A stretch of DNA of 64,000 bases from Candidatus Multivorans sp. (GTDB lineage: Bacteria > Acidobacteriota > Thermoanaerobaculia > Multivoradales > Multivoraceae). The number at the start of each line of letters is the position of its first letter. Within the stretch, counting starts at the first letter, position 1. Shown one piece after another: positions 1 to 9,307 of the stretch. Location of the stretch: the NCBI GenBank assembly GCA_965247095.1, contig OZ251997.1, forward strand, positions 1,344,001 through 1,408,000. Direction: 5' to 3'. The translations under genes and the position numbers were made by a program. The notes beneath the pieces were generated by a model. The model did not search any database. It was not told the DNA's origin and saw only the letters and a program-made list of their open reading frames with translations.

Positions 1-869
1 CTGCGGTCGATGCAGTACTGCGCGGCGCCGACGCCGGAGGCGGCCTGGCGGATGCGATTCTCGTGGACGAAGGTCTGCGCCAGGGCGAGGCCACGGCCCT
101 CCTCGCCGAGGATGGCGTCGTTCGGCGCCCGCACCGCGGAGAGCGACACCTCGGCGTGATCCGTCGGCATGTTGAAGGTCCACCACATGAAGGGGATCTC
201 GAAGCCCGGCGAGTCGGTCGGCACGATGAAGCAGGTCACGCCGTCCGCCTGCCCGGGGTCGCCGGAGGTGCGGGCGAAGATCAGGTCGTGGGTGGCGGCG
301 TGCAGGCCCGAGTTGAAGCGCTTGCCGCCGTCGATGATCCAGTCGTCGCCGTCGCGGACGGCCGCGGTCTCGAGCCAGGTGGCGTCGGAACCGTGGTTCG
401 GCTCGGTCAGGCCGAAGCCCATCTTCACCGCGCCGGTCATCATGCCCTCCATGAATTGCGCCTTCTGGGAGGGCGTCCCGAAGCGGTGCATCATGATCAC
501 GGTCGGGAAGTTGCCGACGATCGAGGACTCATTCTGGAGGTCGTTGTGCAGGCCCAGGCCCTTGGCGGCCAGGTGCTCGCGGATCACCGCCATCGCCAGA
601 TTCGAGCCGTCCTGGCCCCCCAGCTCCCGCGGCAGACCGAAGCGCAGGTGGCCGGCGGCGTCGGCGCGCCGTTTCATCTCCCGCAGCAGCGCTTCCCACT
701 CGGGCCGCGGCGTGCCGTCGTTGTCGAAGTCCGTGCGCGCCCACTCGCGGCGCTGATCGAAGAAACGGATGTTGTCGTCCTGCCGCTCAAGGGGCTTGAT
801 CTCGCGCTCGATGAAGTAATCGAGCTCGGTCAGCTTGTCGCGAATGTCCTGGGGGATCTCGAAGTCCAT
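1..869 (-). CDS. Acyl-CoA dehydrogenase (3' part runs off the window)
   Basis: Manual minus-strand translation from ATG at 869: MDFEIPQDIRDKLTELDYFIEREIKPLE...GLGLHNDLQNESSIVGNFP...FGLTEPNHGSDATWLET, typical ACAD motifs. Confidence 0.9.
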   Translation of the reverse strand, partial: MDFEIPQDIRDKLTELDYFIEREIKPLERQDDNIRFFDQRREWARTDFDNDGTPRPEWEALLREMKRRADAAGHLRFGLPRELGGQDGSNLAMAVIREHLAAKGLGLHNDLQNESSIVGNFPTVIMMHRFGTPSQKAQFMEGMMTGAVKMGFGLTEPNHGSDATWLETAAVRDGDDWIIDGGKRFNSGLHAATHDLIFARTSGDPGQADGVTCFIVPTDSPGFEIPFMWWTFNMPTDHAEVSLSAVRAPNDAILGEEGRGLALAQTFVHENRIRQAASGVGAAQYCIDR

Positions 870-889
870 GGTGACTAGCTCCAACCGAG

Positions 890-934
890 CCGGCCCTGCG
901 GGCCGGGTGCGGGCAGGATGCCCGCGTTCCCAGG
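890..934. repeat. REP-like element copy B (hairpin ccggccc-tgc-gggccgg plus gcgggcaggatgcccgcgttcccagg)
   Basis: 908-934 is the exact reverse complement of 6993-7019; intergenic and palindromic. Confidence 0.8.
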
Positions 935-972
935 CGCGGAGCGGCGGGTCGTGCCGCGGCGCGAACTTCCCA

Positions 973-1887
973 CTATCCCGCATCCAGGTAGTTGCCGATG
1001 ATCTCCGCCAGACGATCCGGCGCGTCGAAGTGGACCATGTGGCCCGCCTCGGGGATCTCGACGTGGTGAACGTTGCGGAACAGACGGACACGGCGGTCGA
1101 TCTCGTCCGGGGCCGCCGGCGTGTCGTAGTCGATGCCGCCGCGACCGCGGTAGAAGTCGGCCGAGCGGCCTCCCGTGACGACCAGGACCGGGCAGGAAAC
1201 CCAGGGCCAGCGCTCCGCCGCCAACTGCGACGACATCGTGAGCCCGGTCGTCTCGACCTGTGGGTCCCACTTCCACTGCAGGCCGCCGTACGGGTGTTCG
1301 GTTGTGCCGATCTCGACCAGGTGCCGGGCGATATCCGGATCGAGGCCCGGATGGAAGCGGCAGTAGAGCCGCCAGGCGTCGTCCATGTCCATCATCGGCC
1401 GCTTGTGTCCCCCCGGCCGGAGCAGGCTGGTGAAGCCGTTCTGCAGCCGGAGTTGCCGGGACTCGACCGGGATATCGCTTTCGCGGAACGGCGCGCCGAC
1501 GCCGTCGATGTTCACGACGACGCTTGGCACGTCGTTGAACACGGCCGCGTAGTGGCTCACGATGTGGCCGCCCAGGCTGTGGCCGACCAGCACCGGGCGC
1601 TCGAGCTGGAGCTGGAAGATCACCGCGTGGAGATCGGCGATGAAGTGCGGCAGCGCATACACGCCGGGCTTGCCGCTGTTGCCGTGGCCGCGCAGGTCGA
1701 AGGAAACGACCCGGTAGCGGTCCCGGAACTTCTGCGCCAGGGGATCGAATGCCGGCGCCAGGTCCTGAATGCCGTGCAGCAGGACCAGGGGCGGCGCTTC
1801 GGCATTGCCGTAGTCGTAGACCTGCAGCTCGATGCCGCCCGCTCCGGGCAGGCGGAGACTTTCGGGAGGTGAACTGTCCGTTGTCAT
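973..1887 (-). CDS. Alpha/beta fold hydrolase
   Basis: LLHG, DLRGHG, GHSLGG nucleophile elbow, AGHMVH catalytic His. Confidence 0.9.
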   Translation of the reverse strand: MTTDSSPPESLRLPGAGGIELQVYDYGNAEAPPLVLLHGIQDLAPAFDPLAQKFRDRYRVVSFDLRGHGNSGKPGVYALPHFIADLHAVIFQLQLERPVLVGHSLGGHIVSHYAAVFNDVPSVVVNIDGVGAPFRESDIPVESRQLRLQNGFTSLLRPGGHKRPMMDMDDAWRLYCRFHPGLDPDIARHLVEIGTTEHPYGGLQWKWDPQVETTGLTMSSQLAAERWPWVSCPVLVVTGGRSADFYRGRGGIDYDTPAAPDEIDRRVRLFRNVHHVEIPEAGHMVHFDAPDRLAEIIGNYLDAG

Positions 1888-1983
1888 GGGATTGGCGAGG
1901 ATACGCCAAGCGCGGCGAACGGCCCTGACGCAGGCCGGTTATCCTTGCCGCTTCACCAGCAGAAGCCCCGGAGGAGAAACGAA

Positions 1984-2517
1984 ATGAAGAAGATGGCATG
2001 GACCGTAGCCACAATCGCTGTGTTGTTGTTCCCGGCCGCCGGCGCAGCATCCGACCTGACCGCCGAGCAGGCCTTCGAGCGGCTCAAGGCGCTGGCCGGC
2101 ACCTGGGAGGGCTCGGCCAGCGCCGAGGGCGCGGAAGCCGAGGCCGAAGCGGAGGCAAGCGGCCTCGTGGTCCACGAGTTCGATGTCTCGGCCAACGGCC
2201 ACGTACTGATGGAGCGCATGGGGCCGGACACCGAGTACGAGATGGTCAACATGTACCACCTCGACGGGGCCGACCTGGTCCTCACCCACTACTGCTCGGC
2301 CGGCAACCAGCCGCGGATGAAGTTCAACGCCGCCACCAGCGCCCCAAACCGCCTGGTCTTCGACTTCGACGGCGGCACGAACCTGGACACCACCCCCAAC
2401 CACATCCACTCGGCGGAGATCCGGCTCGACGGCGAGAACAGGATCGACAGCGCATGGAAGGCTCACGAGGGAGACATGGAAGCCGGGACGATGACCTTCC
2501 ACCTGAAGCGACGCTGA
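1984..2517 (+). CDS. Secreted hypothetical protein (beta-barrel/lipocalin-like)
   Basis: GGAGGAG SD upstream, signal peptide MKKMAWTVATIAVLLFPAAGAA, motifs FERLKALAGTWEG and LTHYCSAGNQPRM. Confidence 0.7.
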   Translation: MKKMAWTVATIAVLLFPAAGAASDLTAEQAFERLKALAGTWEGSASAEGAEAEAEAEASGLVVHEFDVSANGHVLMERMGPDTEYEMVNMYHLDGADLVLTHYCSAGNQPRMKFNAATSAPNRLVFDFDGGTNLDTTPNHIHSAEIRLDGENRIDSAWKAHEGDMEAGTMTFHLKRR

Positions 2518-2552
2518 GGAGTTCGGGACGAACCGGGCGGCGCGGCTTGCGG

Positions 2553-2581
2553 TTGCCCGACGTCATGCTTGTGCCTACAAT
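2553..2581 (+). promoter_or_regulatory. Sigma70-type promoter TTGCCC-N17-TACAAT, leaderless start of the TA operon
   Basis: -35 at 2553-2558, -10 at 2576-2581, ATG 6 nt downstream at 2588. Confidence 0.7.
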
Positions 2582-2587
2582 GGTCAC

Positions 2588-2872
2588 ATGGTGACCGTTG
2601 GAGCGAGAGAACTCAAGACAAGGTTGGGCACGTACCTGAGGAGGGTGCGCGAGGGATCGGTGATTCTCGTGACCGAACGCGGGCGGCCGGTCGCCGAACT
2701 CAGGCCGCTGTCGAAAGCCGCATCGGACGAGGAGGAGAAGCTCCTCGACCTCGCGGCAAGGGGACTCGTGACCCTGGGGACCACGCGCCTTGCGCCGTCC
2801 ATCGAACCGGTCCCAGCGCGCGGCGGATCGGTCGCGGACACCATCGTCGAGGAGCGAGACGACCGGTTCTGA
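2588..2872 (+). CDS. Phd/YefM family antitoxin
   Basis: MVTVGARELKTRLGTYLRRVREG..ILVTERGRPVAEL; TGATG overlap with PIN gene. Confidence 0.9.
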   Translation: MVTVGARELKTRLGTYLRRVREGSVILVTERGRPVAELRPLSKAASDEEEKLLDLAARGLVTLGTTRLAPSIEPVPARGGSVADTIVEERDDRF

Positions 2873-3303
2873 TGCTGTTCCTCGACGCGAGCGCTCTGGT
2901 GAAGCGGTACGTCGAGGAAGACGGATCGGACTTCGTCATCGAAGTCATGGCCGGGCAACCCGTAGCCATCAGCCGATTGTCGGCGACCGAGGTGGTCTCG
3001 GCGATCTGTCGGCGCTGCCGGGAAGGCGACATGCTGGTCGAACAGCGCGAAGCCGCCCTGCTCTCTCTCGACACCGAGCGCCCGGCCTTCCATGTGGTCG
3101 AACTCACCGAGGAGATCACGACGAGGGCCGCAGCGCTGCTGCGCCGGCACCCGCTGCGCGCGAGCGGTTCGGTGCAACTTGCCTCCTGCCTGTTGCTGGC
3201 CGATGAGTTGGGAACGCCTGCGCGCCTCGTCGCGTTCGACGATCGCCTCACAGGCGCCGCCCAGGCAGAGGGTGTCGAGTGCCTGGCCACCAGCGCCCGG
3301 TAG
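2872..3303 (+). CDS. vapC: VapC-family PIN domain toxin
   Basis: MLFLDASALVKRYVEE, ATEV, AFDDRL; coupled to the antitoxin; third acidic site appears as Gly. Confidence 0.85.
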   Translation: MLFLDASALVKRYVEEDGSDFVIEVMAGQPVAISRLSATEVVSAICRRCREGDMLVEQREAALLSLDTERPAFHVVELTEEITTRAAALLRRHPLRASGSVQLASCLLLADELGTPARLVAFDDRLTGAAQAEGVECLATSAR

Positions 3304-3420
3304 AGCCGCCAAACCGCTCGCAGGCTCGCTGTTTGGCCCCAACCTGATGAACCCGGTTGCCAGGCGCGGGAGTACACTCCACCGCGCGACACTCACCGAC
3401 AGCCCGGAGAACCTGCCGAG

Positions 3421-4524
3421 ATGACCGCGCACCTACACGGCAACGGAAGAAACGGCCTCTACGGCGCCCACGGCACAGCCCTCGTGGTCGACCTCTCGAC
3501 CGGTGAACACGAGGTGGAAACGATCCCGGCCGAGGTCTTCCGCCAGTACCTGGGCGGGTACGGGCTCGGCGCCTGGCTGATGTGGAAGCACTTCCCCACC
3601 GGCGCGGAAGCCACCGCTCCCGAGGCCTGCTTCGCCCTGGTCTCCGGGCTGCTCACGGGCCTTCGCACCCCGTTCTCGGGCCGCATCCAGATCGTCGGCA
3701 AGCACCTCGGCTTCGTCTACCGGATGTTCGCGAAGCTGGGGATCAAGATCGAATCGCCGCAACCGGCGATGCGCCAGTTGTGGGCCGATCGCGGCACCAC
3801 GGCGGCGGTGGCGTTGTCCATCGAAAACGGCGACGCACCGCTCAAGAACTGGACCGGCGTCGGCGCCCGCGACTTCCCGCTGTCGAAGAAGGGTTGGAAG
3901 CTCGACGGCGCCGAAGTCGACAAGATGATCACCAGGAAGCTGAGCTGCGGCAACTGTCCCGCGCCCTGCAAGGGCATCGTCCGCGTCAAGAGCCGGAGAC
4001 TGTCCGACGTGCGGCGCCCGGACTACCCGCGCTTCACATCGCTGATGGGAGTCACCTACATCTCCGATCCGACGCCCGGCCGCCACACCGCAGGCGCCGC
4101 GTCCTGGAACGAGACCTTCGGCGCCGGCTTCCCGTTGCCCGAAGCCGCTCCGAAGGACGAGGTGCAGATCGCCTGGAGCCTCACCGGCGGCCTGCCCTGG
4201 GTCGACATGGTGAACGCGCTGACCGGATGGGAGGTGGACCAGAAGGAACTGCTGCTCTGCGGCGAGCGCATCCAGAACCTCCGCAACGCCTTCAACGTCC
4301 GCGAGGGGATCCGGCCGGCGGACTTCCAGGCCCACCCGCGGATGAAGGGCGAGGGCGACGGACTTCTCGAAGCCGGCCCGCTCGCCGGGGTCCGGGCGCC
4401 GCTCGAACAGTTGAAGCGGGACTACTACCAAGCAATGGACTGGGACCCCGGCACCGGCCGACTCAGCCGGAACCGCGCCGAGCAACTGGGCATGGCCGAG
4501 CTGCTGGACGCCCAACTGGCCTGA
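3421..4524 (+). pseudogene. Aldehyde:ferredoxin oxidoreductase homolog with internal in-frame deletions (367 aa)
   Basis: [59 protein letters not shown] present; SPLTG/GAVMGSK and YET..D..G.DTIS segments absent. Confidence 0.7.
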
Positions 4525-4545
4525 TCGGCCTGCTTCGACGCCGCG

Positions 4546-6303
4546 ATGGGCCTCCTCCGAAGCCTGGTTCATCCCCGCTCCCGGCCCAAGATCCGCGTCC
4601 GGGTCCTGATCCGCGGCCGAATAGGCGCCGGCTGGCATGACGTCGACCGGACCTTCCGGCTGGCGCCCGGCGCCACCCTGGGCGAGCTCCTGCCGGCCGC
4701 CGACCGGGCGGGCGTCCCGCTCGCCGAGGCGATCAAGGGCTCGCCCCACCTGCGCGACACGCTGATGATCAACGGCGAGCGGTGTCCGCTGGAGGCGCAC
4801 CGAGGCCGGACGCTTCAGGACGGCGACGAGATCTACCTGCTCGCTCCCGTGGCCGGCGGCAGCGGCGCCAACGCCTGGGCGCGGGACAGCTTCGAGGCGC
4901 GACTGGAGCGGATGCTCCGGCGCGAGATCGACGGGTGCGAACGGCTGACCGCGGTCGAGCGTCTCTCCGGCGGCGCCAGCCAGGAGACCTACCGCCTGCG
5001 GATCGAAACGGAGGCCGGTGATCGCCAGCTCGCCCTCCGGCGGTCCCAGAGCGGCAAGCAGGAAGAAGCCCGTGCCGTCGAGCGCAGCGCGCCCGGACTT
5101 CGGATCGAGGCGAAGCTGATGCGGGTCGCCCGCCGGAACGGGATTCCAGAGCCCGAGGTCTTCTACGTCCTGGAAGCCGGCGACGAGCTAGGGGCCGGCT
5201 TCGTCATGGAGTGGCTCGACGGCATCGCCCTGGGCGCGCGGATCGTCCGCTCGCCGGAGCTCGCCAAGGTGCGTCCGAAGCTGGCACGGCAGTGCGGCGA
5301 GATCCTGGGCCGTATGCACAGCATCGACCTCAAAGCGCACGGCCTCGACCGCGACCTGGCGCGCCTGAGCGCCGCCGACTTCATCGAGCAGACCCGGGGC
5401 CGCTACGAGGCTCTCGGCACGCCGCAGCCGATGATCGACTTCACCGGCCGCTGGCTGATCGAGAACCTACCCGAGTCGACCGAGCAGACCCTGGTTCACA
5501 ACGACTTCCGCAACGGCAACCTGATGGTCGACCGGACCGGCGTCATCGCGGTGCTCGACTGGGAGATCGCCCACATCGGCGACCCGCTGCGCGACCTGGG
5601 CTGGATCTGCACGAATTCGTGGCGGTACGGCGCCGGCCCCGAACTGCCGGTCGGCGGCTTCGGTACCTACGAAAATCTGTTCGCCGGCTACGAGGCGACG
5701 AGCGGCCACCGGGTCGATCTGAGCCGGGTCGAGTACTGGCAGGTGTTCGGCTCCTACTGGTGGGCGGTCTCCACTCTCGGCATGACCGAGGCCTATCGGA
5801 TCGGCCCGGACCGCTCGGTCGAACGGGTCACGATCGGCCGCCGGACGACGGAGTGCCAGGTCGACTGCGTGAATCTCCTCATCCCGGGGTCGGTCGAACT
5901 GGTTGCCGCCCCCGAACAGCTCACCGACCCCGACATGCCGCGGCTCGAGGAGCTGGTTGGCGCGACGCGCGACTTCCTGCACGGCCCGGTGAGAGACGAA
6001 ACGACCGGACGCACCCGGTTCCATGCCCTCGTCGCCGGCAACGCGCTCGACATCGCGTACCGGGACCTGCACTTCGGCGCCGAACACCGTCGCCGCGAGC
6101 ACGAGCGACTCCGCCGCCTGCTCGACGCCGAGGGCTCGCTGCTCGATTTGCGCTGGAAGCTGGTCCACGCGATCCGCGACGACGCCCTTGCGCTTGACGA
6201 CACCCGTCTGCACGAGCACCTGCGCGCCACCGTGGTCAACCAGATCGCGATCGATCAGCCGAAGTACTCGGGCTTCAAGACCGCGGCGGAACGCCGGAGC
6301 TGA
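4546..6303 (+). CDS. MoaD/ThiS-like domain fused to APH-family phosphotransferase with C-terminal helical domain
   Basis: [16 protein letters not shown] at about aa 105, then [33 protein letters not shown] in one frame. Confidence 0.8.
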   Translation: MGLLRSLVHPRSRPKIRVRVLIRGRIGAGWHDVDRTFRLAPGATLGELLPAADRAGVPLAEAIKGSPHLRDTLMINGERCPLEAHRGRTLQDGDEIYLLAPVAGGSGANAWARDSFEARLERMLRREIDGCERLTAVERLSGGASQETYRLRIETEAGDRQLALRRSQSGKQEEARAVERSAPGLRIEAKLMRVARRNGIPEPEVFYVLEAGDELGAGFVMEWLDGIALGARIVRSPELAKVRPKLARQCGEILGRMHSIDLKAHGLDRDLARLSAADFIEQTRGRYEALGTPQPMIDFTGRWLIENLPESTEQTLVHNDFRNGNLMVDRTGVIAVLDWEIAHIGDPLRDLGWICTNSWRYGAGPELPVGGFGTYENLFAGYEATSGHRVDLSRVEYWQVFGSYWWAVSTLGMTEAYRIGPDRSVERVTIGRRTTECQVDCVNLLIPGSVELVAAPEQLTDPDMPRLEELVGATRDFLHGPVRDETTGRTRFHALVAGNALDIAYRDLHFGAEHRRREHERLRRLLDAEGSLLDLRWKLVHAIRDDALALDDTRLHEHLRATVVNQIAIDQPKYSGFKTAAERRS

Positions 6304-6376
6304 CCCAGGCCGAACGACTCCCCGAAGCTATAGTCACCGGAGACTCGTCTCACAGCAGATCCAGGGAGGACGCCCA

Positions 6377-6967
6377 ATGAAGACGCATGCCATCCGTAGA
6401 GCCACCATCTCCGTCCTCGCACTGGCACTGGTCGCCACTTCACTCTCGGCCCAGCGCCAGAGCGGGCCCCGCATTCCGCCGGCCGAGGGTGTCGAGAGCA
6501 TCAACATCATTCGCACGCTCTCCCAGCATCCGCCGCTGATGGAGGCCTGGGGCCCATTCGGCGGCTACATCCTCCGCGGCAGCACCCTTCCCGACCGGGA
6601 CCGCGAGATGCTCATTCTGCGTACGGCGTGGCTGAACGAGGCCGAGTACGAGTGGGGGCACCACCGCCGCGCCGCGAAGGCGGCCGGGATGACGGACGAG
6701 GAGATCCGCAACATCGCAGTGGGCGAGAACGCCGGGCCCTGGAGCAGCTTCGAGCGCTACCTCCTACGCGCCGCCTACGAGTTGCATTCCCGATCGGCCA
6801 TCTCGGAGCGCACCTGGGCATTCCTGAAGGCCCGCTACACCGACCAGCAGATGATCGACCTGATCTTCACGGTCGGCCAGTACCGGATGGTGTCGATGGC
6901 TCTGCGCAGCATCGGCGTGGAACTCGACGAGGGTCTCGAGCCCTTCCCCGACGTTCCGAGGCGCTAG
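6377..6967 (+). CDS. Carboxymuconolactone decarboxylase/AhpD-like protein with signal peptide
   Basis: GGGAGG SD; LPDRDREMLILRTA..YEWGHH..A; N-terminal hydrophobic segment ending SLSA-Q. Confidence 0.8.
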   Translation: MKTHAIRRATISVLALALVATSLSAQRQSGPRIPPAEGVESINIIRTLSQHPPLMEAWGPFGGYILRGSTLPDRDREMLILRTAWLNEAEYEWGHHRRAAKAAGMTDEEIRNIAVGENAGPWSSFERYLLRAAYELHSRSAISERTWAFLKARYTDQQMIDLIFTVGQYRMVSMALRSIGVELDEGLEPFPDVPRR

Positions 6968-6970
6968 GAA

Positions 6971-7061
6971 CTTGCGCGGCAGAAAGATCTGACCTGGGAA
7001 CGCGGGCATCCTGCCCGCATCCGGCGCGAAGCGCCGGCCTCCGGTAGTTCTGCCGCGCTAG
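6971..7061. repeat. MITE/REP-like element copy A with 14-bp terminal inverted repeats
   Basis: cttgcgcggcagaa ... ttctgccgcgctag (13/14 inverted match) enclosing cctgggaacgcgggcatcctgcccgca and hairpin ccggcgc-gaa-gcgccgg; between convergent genes. Confidence 0.75.
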
Positions 7062-7975
7062 CGCCTCAGCGCCGCCTTCACCTCGGCCAAGCGCCCGATG
7101 GAATCGAGCACCCACCCCGGGTCCTGCACCAGGTGCCGTACCACGACCTCGTCGTACCCCATCGCGGTCAGTTCACCGAACGCGGCGGCGGTCCGCTCCA
7201 CGTCGCCGACGATGAGCGCGTCCGGCGGGAAGCCTCGGTAGCCGCGAGCGATCATCTTCCCCGCCAGGGCCTCGGCCTCGGCAGCCGTCTCGCCGACGTA
7301 GATGTCGCGCCGGATGGCACACACGCCGACCGGACGACCGTGGCGTTCGCAGGCCTCCCGGTAGCGCCGGAGTTGCTCCGCCGCCACTGCCGGCGCCAGG
7401 CCGGGCGCCGCCAGCCAGCCATCGCCCAGCCGTGCGGCGCGGTCGATCGCCGGCGGCGCCGAAGCCCCGATCCAGACCTCGACCGGCGCCGGCGGGCAGG
7501 GCGAAATCCGCGCCTCGTGCAGTTCGAAGCGGCTGCCCTCTCCGCCGGTCGTCACCGTTTCGCCGGCCCAAAGCCGCCGCAGGATCGCGAGCGACTGCTC
7601 GAACCGCGACGGCCGCTGACGAGCCGGGACGCCCATGGCCGGAAACTGGTTGTCGGCCGGCCCGATCGCGCACTGGAGGATGAACCGTCCAGAGGTAAGG
7701 CTCGCCAGGGTGCCGACCTGCTCCGCGACGATCAGCGGGTGCCAGAGCGGGAGCAGGTACAGAGCGCCCGCCGGGCGATCCCCCCACTCCGCCAACATCC
7801 GGCCGAGGATCGCGGTGTTCTGGTAATACGGCCGCGGCGTCGCGTGGTGGTCGCCGACAAACAGTGCGTCCAGGCCGGCTTCCCGGGCGGCCCGCGCACG
7901 GTCCACCATGCGCCGCGCCCCCTCGCGGACATCGGTCACGTTGTAGGCGCTCTGAACTGAAATACTGACCCGCAT
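7058..7975 (-). CDS. LLM-class flavin-dependent oxidoreductase
   Basis: GDHH, PLWHPLIVAEQVGTL, VWIGA..AIDRAARLGDGW. Confidence 0.9.
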   Translation of the reverse strand: MRVSISVQSAYNVTDVREGARRMVDRARAAREAGLDALFVGDHHATPRPYYQNTAILGRMLAEWGDRPAGALYLLPLWHPLIVAEQVGTLASLTSGRFILQCAIGPADNQFPAMGVPARQRPSRFEQSLAILRRLWAGETVTTGGEGSRFELHEARISPCPPAPVEVWIGASAPPAIDRAARLGDGWLAAPGLAPAVAAEQLRRYREACERHGRPVGVCAIRRDIYVGETAAEAEALAGKMIARGYRGFPPDALIVGDVERTAAAFGELTAMGYDEVVVRHLVQDPGWVLDSIGRLAEVKAALRR

Positions 7976-7993
7976 GGCTACCCTCCGCCGTCA

Positions 7994-8344
7994 ATGTACT
8001 CCAATCCACGGCCTGCTACGATGCGCGCCACAAACAACGCGAAACAAACCTTGGACCCCGATATGCCTGAACTGATTCTCGCCGCAGCCACCTACCCCGC
8101 CGGCGGCCTGATCGCCGGCGTTCTCGGCGCCGCCGTCGGCGTCCTGGTCGTCATCATCATTGCCGACGGCGCCAGCACGGAGCCGGTCGCGCCGAGGATG
8201 ATCCCCCTCTGGATGTGGCTTGCTTTCTGGACCCCGCTCGGTCTGATCCTGATCATGACCGACATGCCGGGCTGGCTGCGCACGCTGCTCTTCGTGATTC
8301 CGCTCGCGCTCACCCTCGGCCTGTTCAACCGGCGCGCAGCCTGA
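7994..8344 (+). CDS. Small hypothetical membrane protein (start uncertain)
   Basis: ORF with about three hydrophobic segments, high-GC codon usage, ends 3 nt before the next gene. Confidence 0.5.
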   Translation: MYSNPRPATMRATNNAKQTLDPDMPELILAAATYPAGGLIAGVLGAAVGVLVVIIIADGASTEPVAPRMIPLWMWLAFWTPLGLILIMTDMPGWLRTLLFVIPLALTLGLFNRRAA

Positions 8345-8347
8345 CAA

Positions 8348-9145
8348 GTGCCATCCGCGACCGCGGCCGACGGCGCAACACTCCGCTACCAGGTCGCGGG
8401 TAGCGGCCCGGCCGTCGCCCTCACGCACGGCCTGGGCGGTCATCTGGACTCCTGGGCGCCCACGGTAGCGACGCTCCAGGACCGCTACACCGTTCTGACC
8501 TGGGACGTCCGCGGCTTCGGCCGCTCCACGAAGCGGCCCGACGACCTGTCGCCGGAGACCTGGGCTTCCGACCTCGCCGGCCTCCTCGACGAAGTCGGCG
8601 CCGACGACGCCGTGATCGCCGGTATCTCAATGGGCGGCGTCATCTCGCAACGATTCGCGCTCGACTTCCCTGACCGCACCCGGGCCCTGATCCTGATCAG
8701 CACCTCCAGCGAAGTGAACGAGCGCGCCACCGCCGGGTGGAACGCGCGCGCCGACCTCATCGAACGCGGCGGCCTGGGCGCCGCCCTGACGCCCACCGTC
8801 CCCTCCCCCTCCTACGGCAAGGAGTACCGCGAACGCCACGCCGACGACATCGCCGAAGCCGCCCGTCTCACCATCGAGCGCAACGACGCGGCCTGTTACG
8901 CCGCCGCCTGCCGCGCCGTTTCGGACATCGACTACACCGCCGACCTCGCCACCATCACTTGCCCCACCCTGATCCTCCAGGGCCTGGAAGACGGCGTCAC
9001 CCCACCCGGCGGCAGCGTCATCATGTCCCGCCGCATCCCCGGCGCCCGCCTGATCATGCTCGAACACTGCGGCCACGACATCCCCGCCGAACGCCCCGAA
9101 GAGTTCCACACCGAAGTGGAGAGCTTCCTCGCGGACGTCGCGTAG
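8348..9145 (+). CDS. Alpha/beta hydrolase (3-oxoadipate enol-lactonase-like)
   Basis: THGLGG, DVRGFGRS, GISMGG, CGHDIPAERPE. Confidence 0.9.
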   Translation: MPSATAADGATLRYQVAGSGPAVALTHGLGGHLDSWAPTVATLQDRYTVLTWDVRGFGRSTKRPDDLSPETWASDLAGLLDEVGADDAVIAGISMGGVISQRFALDFPDRTRALILISTSSEVNERATAGWNARADLIERGGLGAALTPTVPSPSYGKEYRERHADDIAEAARLTIERNDAACYAAACRAVSDIDYTADLATITCPTLILQGLEDGVTPPGGSVIMSRRIPGARLIMLEHCGHDIPAERPEEFHTEVESFLADVA

Positions 9146-9156
9146 ATCCGGAGGCG

Positions 9157-9187
9157 GAGCCGGAGCAGAGCCGGAGCAGAGCCGGAG
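9157..9187 (+). repeat. 11-bp tandem repeat gagccggagca, about 2.8 copies
   Basis: Direct reading of intergenic sequence. Confidence 0.7.
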
Positions 9188-9307
9188 AGGCGGCTGGTCG
9201 CGGGCAGAGGTGGCACCCGCCTGCCTGGTCGGGGCTCAGGGGGGAGGGGGCCCAGGTGCCGTTCCGGTACAGCCGCGCAGCCGCGGAGCCGGCCGAAGTC
9301 GCTCCGG

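Noticed and set aside
9157-9187. 11-bp tandem repeat as a phase-variation switch
   Set aside because: Lies between convergent gene ends, not in a promoter or ORF
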